Shown here in pieces: positions 53,285 through 64,000 of a DNA stretch of 64,000 nucleotides. A program made the position numbers and the translations under genes. Numbering within the stretch: position 1 is the first letter of the stretch; each line of letters begins with the position of its first letter. This DNA is from Octopus vulgaris (Eukaryota). A model generated the notes under the pieces. The model was not told the DNA's origin, did not search any database, and saw only the letters and a program-made list of their open reading frames with translations. The DNA is taken from positions 77,934,001 to 77,998,000 of the forward strand of contig OX597814.1 of NCBI GenBank assembly GCA_951406725.2, written 5' to 3'.

Positions 53285-54986
53285 GTAAATCTGTATTTTA
53301 TGTTTTGATTATCCTAGTTGGTAAATAATACTGAACTATAAATATATTGGTGACAACTTTTGTTCTGTTGTTAATAAGATTTTTGAAGCCTTGATGACTT
53401 AGACTAATTAAGTTGTTGATTTGATTTGAAGCCCTTCAATGACTTGGAAAGAAATGGGCTCTGAGAAATTACCATGCTCTAACTACAATGTCGTTGTTCT
53501 CCAAACCAAATTCTGATGATTAGTGTTGTTGTTTAGCAATTATTTAACCCTGATTGAGCAAAATTTTTGCCTCACCATCCAATTTATAATCCATACATTA
53601 TGAATTAAGGGCTGACTCTATCTAATATGTCATTTCCGCTTTTAAGATGGTAAGGTGTGATTTGAGGGTGATTTGACGGATGATTAAGTAGTGGTGTTCA
53701 CGTGTAAGTGAACTGCTAAATACGATATGGCTGTAATGGAGGTGTGACTTTTACGTCTGTTTGCATGTACTCACGATTATTGTTGCAAGACAAGGATTCA
53801 TTTTTATATTCTATAGGCAGTTATGGAAATAAGTTTGAGCTACTGAGTATACGATAAACCAAGGTTAAAGCTCGGAGATTATCAAACCAGGGTTTGTGTG
53901 AAGTGATCTTTGATGGCCATTAGATTTCTTGAGTTAGCTTTAATCTCGTACATTCCATTCTATGAATACTCTAATATATCCAAGACCTTAAAGTAGCCCA
54001 TCGATCATACATCATTATATAAAACTAATATTACTGGCATCTCTTAATGGAGTAAAGGCAAAGGCTTCCCTACATTATCTGAAAGCAGCTCTATGGGAGT
54101 GTTCACAGCATCACAAAACTTTACAAATCACAACAAAATACACAAATAGCTGTACTCAGCGCAAAGTTACTAAACTTTGAACAATCGTTTGCAGAACTGC
54201 TGAAATTTTAATCGCTGATTCTGTACTAAAGTAACAAATCTAATTTTCTAATAAAATACTGACAAATCAAAAATCCTAGCGATATTGGATATTAACACAA
54301 ATTAATTGCAAAATATTTTCCTTATCGAACACATTCGTTCTTTGAAAACTTCTCTAACTGAATATACTTCAGTTTTATTTTTATATCTAAACATATATAG
54401 AGAAGTGCCGATTATTTATATACGCCTTTTGCGATGAAAATATCTGAAATTGAATTACAAAATAATCTATATAGTGAACAGCAAAACGCTGGATATTAAA
54501 GGAGTTTTATTTTATAAAAAGCACTGTAGATTATATGTTTATTGAAAAACAGCAAATCAATGATATAGATAAGCAATTAAAGAACATATTGTTCTCGTTA
54601 AGCAATACGAATGTTTTTAAGTGATCGGCCGCCTTCATTCCTATGTGTTATTGCTCAATAATAACCACTCAAATTCTTTCTAGTAACTGATATAATATTA
54701 ATCTGTTTCAAAATTTTTATTGGTACTAAATCAAAAGGACTCATTATTTTGATATATATTAGTCAAATTCATGTGATAATAAATGTAACTGCTTATATTT
54801 AAAGGTGGATAGTATTAAACTCTGTATTATAAAGGAGAAGCTAATCTCCGTCTGTCTGCCCGTCACAATGTCTATGTTGAAGGAGGGAAGAAAAAGAGGG
54901 AAAAGGGGAGAAAACCCCTGTTGCGACGTATATTTACAAGGAAGGAAGGAGAAGAGAAAAAATTTTGAGAGAGAAATAGTGTGTGT

Positions 54987-55053
<67 letters not shown>

Positions 55054-55680
55054 TGTGTCTGTGTCTGTGTGAAAGATAGATATAGATAGATAGGTGGTGT
55101 TGTCACCACAGTAACTAAGTTTTGTTTAAAAACGCAGGAATTTTAAGTGGAAATCTGTCAGCAGAACGCAACGCAAACTTCACAAAAGTAACTACAGGTA
55201 TACATATACACATAGTTACATTTTTTTGCGTGTGTGTTTTTGTATAGGTTTCAACATATAGACAACGCTACACAGATTTTAGAGAAAGGCTTTCACTAAA
55301 ATGACAGGTTGTTATTATTGTTGTTGTCAAGCGAGAAATACAGTGAGAGAGAGAGAGAGAGGAGGGGAGAGGGGGAGAGTCTGTGCGTGTGTGTGTGTAT
55401 AGGTGCGTGTGAAAGACAGAATTAAAATTTGCTTCAAGAAAAAAGAACAGGTTGTTATAACGAAGGATTTATTTCATCTTGAGTAACTCGTTTACTCGAC
55501 AGCATGGCGACGGGTAATGACTAGTGGTTATCATATAAGTATTCGATCCTGAGAGTATTTCGTATTTAATTTGGTACGCTAATCTTCGATATCAATAACT
55601 AAAACAAGTGAAAGATAAGAGATATTTTGAAGTTACATTTGAGTTTGTTGTCTCCTCGTTAGAAACATCTACCATTTTTA

Positions 55681-55792
55681 TTTACGTTATTTACATTTGA
55701 CGGATATTTGTCCTCATCTTGTTCAGGTAACTTGAGGAAATTTCGAACCTGGGTTCTCATTCCTTAAGTATTTTTCGATGTTGTTGTTGTTG

Positions 55793-55861
<69 letters not shown>

Positions 55862-56037
55862 TTACTGCCTGGAATCGAACTCGGAATCTTGGGGTTAGTT
55901 GCCCGTGCTCTTAATCACTACGCCATATGCCCATGGGCGTATGGCGTAGTGGTTGTGTTAACAACAAACAAGATGAGGACAAATATCCATCAAATGTAAA
56001 TAATGTACATAATTCCTCATCTCTTAAATATAGAACT
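55681..56037. mobile_element. Short tRNA-headed element (minus) plus a head-to-head, internally deleted inverted copy
   Basis: Minus strand gggcatatggcgtagtgattaagagc..gagttcgattccagg; central near-palindrome cactacgccatatgcccatgggcgtatggcgtagtg; outer inverted repeat 55681-55723 / 55968-56010. Confidence 0.7.
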
Positions 56038-56985
56038 TTATCTACCATTTTTGTTACATGAGACAAAAAAAATAACGAAGAAGTCTGCGAACTAACTGAA
56101 GAATTAAAAGAAGTTATGGGTTAACTTACAGTACTGTTATTGTCTTTTCTTTCTAATTTGATAAACAAGACACTTCATTCCCAACAAGGAGACTGCAAAC
56201 TATACTGTAAATTGAAAAATAACTTGCTTTTGTTTTTACTTAAAATATCACGTCAAAGATACCTGATTGCAAACATGTTTACGACAAAAGTTATTACCCA
56301 TAAGGTTTTGTGCCGAAATTAAACACTGCAAATTAACCCACGGTGAAACCGTTTACTGCAAAACTACCTGTTAAAAAAAGTTCATAAGATTTAACCGAGG
56401 GAGAAGAATGTTTCAAGGGTATTACTATCGTGTTAGTGAATATTCACATCCTTAGAGCTGAGGTATGATGACTGAAGATGAAGAACATTAGATTAGCACC
56501 TATCTCCTTTCGCCATATCAAGTAAACTCGCTGATATTGATACAAGCGTCTCGTATCAGTAGGATTACGACCAGGCAGGTGGTCACGGTTAACATACTAA
56601 CGCGATTACTTCTTTAAAATTTCATGCTTTTTCTATTTTGTTCCGCAGTGGAATACATACCCATATCACTATAAGTAAATTTTGTGTTTGAATACCTAAT
56701 GAATTGATGTTAACGATGAATAATGAAATGCAAAATACAAAATCTCTGCCCCCTCTCTCAAATGCATGGGAGTTTAGATGTGAGACCCATTGATACGGCT
56801 ACATTCAACTTGACTTTACGTTCCTTTACTTCATCAGTCACAAAGCCTTCCAGAAGTCGCCCCTATGCCCTCACTTCCAACAGTCCAACCAGAACACTGA
56901 GCTGCTCTTAATGCATTTGATAATGCACATTAACCAATGTTGTGTTCTGACATGAGAAATGAATAAAATACGCAAGCATATAATA

Positions 56986-57160
56986 ATTGCTTCAAATTTT
57001 GTGGGTGGAGGTTAGTCGATTCCACTGACTCCAGAACTTGACTGCTACTTTATTCTGTCGAAAGGTAAAAGAGACCTGAATTTGAATGCAGACCGTAAAG
57101 AGCCGGAAGAAATGCCTCTAAGTATGTTGTCCGACTCGCTAATGATTCTGTCAGCTCGCT
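56986..57160 (-). mobile_element. SINE family B, diverged
   Basis: ttagtcgatt..gaatttgaa..gattctgtcagctcgc. Confidence 0.65.
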
Positions 57161-57589
57161 GACGTATGCAAGTATATAATAATAAATATAATAAATAAAC
57201 AAATAAATTTTTATTGAGTGAAACTTGACAAAAGATAGCTGTACTAAAAGCATCTATTGGTAGACATTCAACATACGAAAAAACAACAAAAAGCAGACTA
57301 TAAATACTGGATATTGAGTATTAGGTATACGCTATACCCCCCGAGTACCCCTCCTATCATCCAATTTCCATCATTGTTTAAAGAATGTTGAAAGCAAGTT
57401 AATAGATTTTTAAATATAAAATTTCTATTAAAAACTAAGCTGATATGGTGATGTTGAGTCTTAAATGTTCTTTTTCATGTGGGTTTTAGAGAACTTTGTG
57501 AATGTGCCGTATTTAAATTTGCAGAAGAAATTTCGCCTGTATGCAAGAACTTTCCTGTGTCTTGGCTTGATATTCTCTTATTGGCTCGT

Positions 57590-57626
<37 letters not shown>

Positions 57627-57887
57627 AATTTTTGCACTGTCTGAGTCATCTAATGCAAATTGTTTTACTTCCAGGAAGTTACATAATCATCGCAACACCA
57701 TCCACAACAACCTTTTCATCTCATTCATATTGCGCGCCACTGTTTGTCTTTTAAGAGACAATTTGTTTATTCAAGGTGTAGCCTTTGAATCGGATTTGGT
57801 TAAAAACGAAGACGGACGCTTATATTTCAACGAAAATATTACAGTAAGTTATTTCATATTTTGGCTTTATTATTAACTCTATTTAAG

Positions 57888-58082
57888 CACGCAGAACAAA
57901 TGTTTTGCGGTATTTCTTTCAATTCTTTACATTTTGAGTTTCAAATTCTATCGAGGTGAACTTTAGCTTTCATTTCCTCGGAGGAGTAAATAAAAAAAAT
58001 ATACCACTTAAGTATTTGGGTCGATGTAATTGATTAGCTCCCTTTCCCCTATAATCACTTTATGCCTAATTTTGAAACCATT
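57888..58082 (+). mobile_element. SINE family B, diverged (weaker pieces follow at ~58130-58440)
   Basis: gcggtatttc..ttgagtttcaaattc..gggtcgatgtaattgatt..ttttgaaaccattatt. Confidence 0.6.
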
Positions 58083-59384
58083 ATTAAAACTGTTAGAAAT
58101 AGATTGGCTATGAGTGTCAGTCTTATAACCTTGCAGTATCTATTTTCTGTCCCCTTATATTCCAAGTTTAAATCTCACCGGGGTTGACAAAAGATTCCAT
58201 CTCCCAGGAGCCAATAAAATAAGTACTAATCATACTGGAATAGATTATCCTTCTTTAAACTTGTTTTTAGCCTGTAACACCATAAAAGATATTTATTAAC
58301 ATCGTTGAAGATAGCGGATTAGCAGAAACAGTTGGGCACCCGATTAATTACCTTTCAATACATAAGTTGTGTGCTGTGTCCAAATTATTTCCAGGGACGC
58401 CTCCGCTTTCATCGCTTCAGGATCAATAATATCAATTAGAGGCACGTACCGGAATTCATTCTTTGACTACACACTTCTACAAATCCATGGTTTTGAGCAA
58501 AATTTAATATTCAAATCGAAGTTGAGGCGTGAACCTTACTGTAAGAAGTCATTACATTACTAGGTGAAAAAGCCACGTGACCATCACAGCGAGTCGCGCC
58601 AGTTCCCTTTCACTAGTGTGTAAAATACGAGGAGATTTAACTATTCAAGAAATCAGTATGCGTAAGAGACATAAAGTAATGGAAATAACCTTGATATTAA
58701 TTAACTGAAGATAACTTTTCTAAATTACAATAATTATCTCCACATTCCATATTCTTTTAAAATTGCGATATAGATCTATCCACAGATAGTATACATTTAA
58801 TATTATCCCATTAAGCACTAAAATTAAAACCGTCTTATCAATAACAAATGACAAACGCATAAATCCTCAAACAAACTACTATTGACTACTGTAATTTACA
58901 AATTCGATTACAAACTTGTAAAATTCAAAACTCTGTTATATTGGTCAAATAGATATGACGTTCTCTTCCCCGCCTCCTACGAAGCCAGCTTATTACGTAG
59001 TTAAAACAAAGAACAATTACTTGGTACTCTAATGTAGAAATAAACTTTGTCGGAAAACATTTACATGCTATACAGAATTCATTTGTGGGCAACATTTCTA
59101 TGCTATACAGAATTTATCGGAAAAATAGATGCTAACTAATGAAACAATACTTATAGCACAAAGCAATACTAAAATTAACACAAAATCAACCTACACTATT
59201 CAACAACAGAAGTAAACACGTGACTCATATCGCATCGCTCAACAATGAAATTCCACTGGTAACATCTAAACGTTTATCTTACTAACAATGAAAAAAGTAG
59301 AATATTCACCAACATCACTTCAACCGGAATATGAAAAGAAGACGACTTAGAAAATTTATGATGGATTTAGAAACTGCATCCTTC

Positions 59385-62268
59385 TAAAGCAAACTTTTTC
59401 GGACTTGCGCCCCCTTGACGTCCAGGTCACATTCCTTGCACCCTAAAACACCACCACAAACACAGGCGAATTTCTACTGCGTATTCAAAGCAACTGTTTT
59501 TCACAAATAAAACTTAACCTAATTAATCCATTATTTTGGTGCTTTTACAATATGAAAGAGTAAATTTATATTTCGCCTGTAACTACGGTGTTTTCATAGT
59601 TTTAATGCGATGGATGTACATTGTGCAAGGATATCAGCATCTCTACGTAAGGCTGAAACGTACTAAGAAGTAGCCTTAAATCCCCACGTTCAGTAATTTC
59701 CAGTATGATTCTTTGTCGAAGCAAAAAATCCGAGCAACTGCACAAAAGCCCCGCTCTAGAGATTATGATGTTGAGAAGGCAATAAATTACACCATGACTA
59801 TGTTTCACAGTACAAGGTAGCAGTCAGAAATGTCCTTTTGCAATAAAAAATCCTAACTTGATTTTTTGAACTTTGATTTCATATTTAAGTGAAACTAGGT
59901 TTTTCACCACTACTTATGTTTACTCATTACTGATAGCTAGAAATTACCCAGACTTGTATTCTAATCAAAAGTAAATATCCTGAGAGCTGTCAGACATGTC
60001 TCTGTGCAGCTCATCCAGGTGTGAACAATACACTTGAATGTCATCATCTGGTATGCGCTTTTTCTTCTCCAGTTCAGAGAGGCTCGGAAACTGGAAGAAA
60101 TCATGACGGTTTATGTTACATTTGAATAACTGTAACCTGGAGAGAAACGTGGAGAGGGCTGATTTTACTTTGGTTAAGTTTAACCGCATTTCTAGTTGCA
60201 AATCATCTTCATTGAATTTTGTGAGATATCTGTCATATCAGCAGTGTCATGCTTGATGTGTCTTGGTTCATCACAAAGAACAGAATAAGAGTCTGGAAAA
60301 AATTCAACAACTGAGTAGAACATTTTTGTGAGTTTCCCTTTGACAGCCACCGAACTTCTGTATGCAACAACAAATGTTCAAAATCTTTCTCAGCAAAAGA
60401 GCTACTGAACCAGTAGTGAATTTATATAATTTCCTGCTTTGATTACAGTGCTCAACGATTTGTTTTTTAAGTTTGCCATTTAGGCTATTCGCAACCAGAT
60501 GTTGTTTGTGAGTTACAGAGTGTGCTGAAAACATGCCAAGTATAAATTTTTCAAAAAACTGATGAAACAGCGATGACAATCTACCATTAATGGTGTTCTA
60601 TCTATTGTTCAAATACGAAATACTGACTCCTCTATTGTACCTGTTTCTAGTTGTCTTACAAATAGTAGCTCTGAAACCAAACTTTAATCTTTGACGAAGC
60701 AAGCACAAGCAAGAAACATACTTTTATTGCTTAGCAAAAGGAGACCCATCTAATTGTAAGCTGAGTTTGGTTGTTCTAAGTATGTTGCACAATATATCTT
60801 CAATGTTATTGTAGTCCACATTTTGAAAAACTTGTATTATGTATTTTCAGAGAAAAGAATTTCTTACTTCTTCATTTTAATTTTCACGATTTAAAATCTA
60901 AAAAAGAAAAAGAGAAATTCCAATTTGTGCATGATAGCTTTTCCAATTTCTTTTTTTTTTCTGTAAAAATACTGATTATGAATGTTTCAAAATGTTGAAT
61001 ACTCCAATATGACGAAGAAAAAAACAAAAACAGGTGATGGCCTTGTGTTCCAAAAGCATGGATTTAGAAGTTTTTAAAAAAGCTTGCTCGCGAGTGTTTT
61101 GAAATATGGGTTACTATAAAACGTGGAAAAAACCCCGAGAAATTCCAATTTATGTTAGACAGTTATTCCCAAAGTCCGATAAATATAAATTAGATGTCTG
61201 CTTTTTTAAAATTTGTAATGTCAGTTTCTAAAACAGATATTTGAAAGAAAAAAAAACTGTGAAAAACACTGATAAACAAAAAGAAAAAAAAAAGAAAAAG
61301 AAAGGAATAAAATAACTGGGCTGGTTAAATAGTGAGGTTCGGGTAGAATTCTACTACGAAAGCGTGTACTTCTTACAATACCCCACCAATTCTAAAAGAA
61401 AATTATTATAGTAATTTATATTTAAAATAACTGTAATTTCAATCAGTGTATGAGTCTGTTTAGTCAGACCTACTATTTAAAGCAAATGTATGAAGACAAA
61501 TTCTGAAGTTTGTTTGATACTGAAAACTTAGAAAATTTCTAAAATTATTAGAAACCAATTTAAGTGACATTCACTGTCACTAATAATTACATTCATAAAA
61601 TGCGTTAAAATAACTGCACAGTTCTTTACTTAGAACAAAAGTCAAAATACCAAATTACGGAAGATATCTTTATCGGTTTCAGTAATTAGATTGTGACCAT
61701 GCTGGAGCATCGCCTTGAAGAAATTTTAGTCGAATGAATCGACCCCAGTGCCTTTTTTTTTAAACCTGGCACTTATTCTTTTGGTCACTTTTGCTGAATC
61801 GTTAAGTTGCGGGGACGTAACAACGTTTATAAAATCCAAATTTCTTACCCACAGCCATGCCTGCGCCTAACAAATATTTAAAAAGTTATGAAGAATTTCT
61901 CACCGTTACCTTAAAACTACATAATCACGATAATAGCCGTACGAAATACAGTGAAGTCACATACACACACTATCTCTCACACACACAGTCACACACACAT
62001 ACATAATTTATATATATATCCTTTTATTCTTTTACTTTTTACGTTGTTTGAGTCATTTGACTGAGGCCATGCTGGAGCACCGCCTTGAAAGATTTTAGTA
62101 GAACAAATCGACTCCAAGACTTATTTTTAAGCTTAGTACTTTTTCTACCGGTCACTTTGCCGAACCGCTAAGTTACGAGGATGTAAACACACCAACACCA
62201 GTTGTGAAGCGGTTATGGGGGACAAATACACACGTACACACACACACACAAATAATACATACATACAA

Positions 62269-62311
<43 letters not shown>

Positions 62312-62904
62312 GACGCATACAACAGACACCAGCATTGGTAATCAAGCGGTGCTTGTGGGGGTAGGGAGACAAACACAGACACAAAGACGCACACATATAT
62401 ATATGGCAGGCTTCTTTCAGTTTCCGTCTACCAAATCCACTCACAAGGCACGAGTCTATAGTAGAAGACACTTGCCCAAGGTGCCACGCAGAGGGACTGA
62501 ACCATATACGTATTCTTTTCATTTTGTTGTTTCTGTTGTCCTTGTTATTATTGTTGTTGACGTTGTTTTTGTTCAGTGTCATATATTTTCGTCTTTCTAG
62601 CGAGTTCTCTTGGGTATGTTATGACGAACTTCACAAGTGAATCTTTCATTTATCATTTGATTATTTTTGTCCTTTGTTCTTGCTTGAAGTTAGTTTTAAA
62701 ACAACATTTTTCAGATCGATTTTTAAACCCTATTTTCTAAACTTAGGTGTACCATTGAAAAATAAAGGGGAAGGGGGCATTGTCGTCTACCGCCCCCTTT
62801 TGGCCACCCATTATCGCCCCAATTTTCTTCAACGTCCCCCTCGACTGGAGTTTTTAATCGCCCCCAGTAAGGTGGTACCGCTTACTTTACTTTGGGAACC
62901 ACTG
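59385..62904 (-). mobile_element. hAT (Buster/Charlie-like) DNA transposon remnant, interrupted by SINEs; transposase relic at ~59600-60830
   Basis: KLSLQLD, HSVTHKQHLVA, LNLTKVKSALSTFLSRLQLFK..FFQFPSL..DDDIQVYCSHLDELHRDM, ERGDLRLLL..HPSH*. The terminal GGGAACCACTG (reverse complement CAGTGGTTCCC) ends at 62904, with cgcccc subterminal motifs. The left TIR is decayed. Confidence 0.72.
61675..62506 (-). mobile_element. Two SINE family A copies (61675-61868 internally deleted; 62022-62506)
   Basis: ccatgctggagca.cgccttgaa..gactc/cc..; tagtagaagacacttgcccaaggtgccacgcagagggactgaacc. Confidence 0.8.
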
Positions 62905-63004
62905 TGCTAAATAAACTGCGGGAAAAGTATAGGCGAATATATATAAAGAAAAACACACCGTGTCTACATGGAAAACTGCTCCCTGGTTATACATATATGC
63001 CCGT

Positions 63005-63049
<45 letters not shown>

Positions 63050-64000
63050 TATGTGCATATAAATATATATATGTGTATATATATACACGTATATACACGC
63101 ATATACACGCACACATTATGTATACTCATATTTGAATAGGCATGTAACTATCTATTTAACTATCTATCCTTGTACACACACACACAAACCCAGTAAGTAG
63201 AAAAATATTTATGCTTTTACCTACTAAAGATGACTTCGCTTTCATTCCTTAAGAATCATATAAACTAAGTCCAAAGCAAGGTAATGAGATCAGCTAAAAT
63301 ACTTGAAAGAGGTTCTGTATCGCAACCTCACTCTGCGGAATTAAGGAATAACGGAATAAAGTATGATAAAGTTAAGGAATAACGGAATAAAAGTATAATA
63401 TGGATAGATTCAGACAACTGTAATCAATCTCTGTATAGTATGAATGTATCCTCCACTAATATTTCCATATCTATTTTTGCTCTGATGTGTGATGCAGTGC
63501 CTTACAATTGCTTCTTGTAGGCGTATTGCCAGCCATTGGGTGAGTGTCATATTTTTATGGAAACTATGGCAGTACGAGCCTGCAAGTTTAGAGCTTCCAC
63601 TTTTGAAATCGATTTATTTTTGCACTTCATAAAAAGCCATCGTTAATATGTAAACATTCTCGTTGCAGCATTGGCAGTGCAAACTGTTTTACACTTTCTT
63701 CTATTACTCACTACTGGCCAACTACACTTGGATCTTGGTCGAAGGGCTGTACATCCATGCTTTGCTCTTCTGGTCTGTATTCAATAAGAAACATAACTTT
63801 TACTGTTATATTTCATTTGGATGGCGTAAGTAAGCCTTAATTTTCTTATGATATTCTGAAGTTTCCTCATCCTCATTGATGTCGTCATTGTTGTTGTTGC
63901 TATCGTCCCTCAGCATTGAATCTCTCGCATTTGAGAAAGACATCTAATAGAAGTGGATGATTTAGCGGAGTGAGTTTCATGTAGAATGTATTATAATACA

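Noticed and set aside
55860-55935. Genuine tRNA gene (likewise the SINE heads at 21401 and 32890)
   Set aside because: No complete acceptor stem or cloverleaf, and it continues into a repeat body; it is a tRNA-derived SINE head.
63340-63398. 31-bp tandem duplication ttaaggaataacggaataaagta
   Set aside because: Simple local slippage duplication with no further structure.
63500-64000. Acidic minus-strand frame (DSNNNNDDINEDEETSEY) as a transposase N-terminus or GPCR exon
   Set aside because: Short, interrupted by stops, on the wrong strand for the GPCR, with no diagnostic motif.

Overview
This is eukaryotic, AT-rich DNA saturated with microsatellites. The repeat families I recognise fit an octopod cephalopod, but that is an inference. 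Nearly all listed ORFs are simple-repeat artefacts. The supported content is: (1) a near-intact Neptune-type Penelope-like retroelement (PLE) at 1-8260, with an extra upstream 435-aa ORF1, an RT + Zn-linker + GIY-YIG ORF2, ~1.7 kb pseudo-LTRs made mostly of simple sequence, an inverted partial copy, and a non-canonical (U3-A8) hammerhead-like motif; (2) two related ~2.8-3 kb non-coding fold-back elements carrying canonical minimal type I hammerhead ribozymes, plus smaller PLE-end relics, mostly sitting in (TA)n; (3) a second, degenerate PLE with a YRDD-type RT; (4) three spliceable exons of a class B (secretin-family) GPCR on the + strand (44146-44256, 48492-48625, 53190-53284), the first bracketed by a ~570 bp inverted repeat; (5) relics of RTE, R4/Dong and CR1/L2-group LINEs, Tc1/mariner, hAT and piggyBac-like elements, and many tRNA-derived SINEs. 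All alignments and RNA folds were done by eye, so repeat boundaries are approximate.
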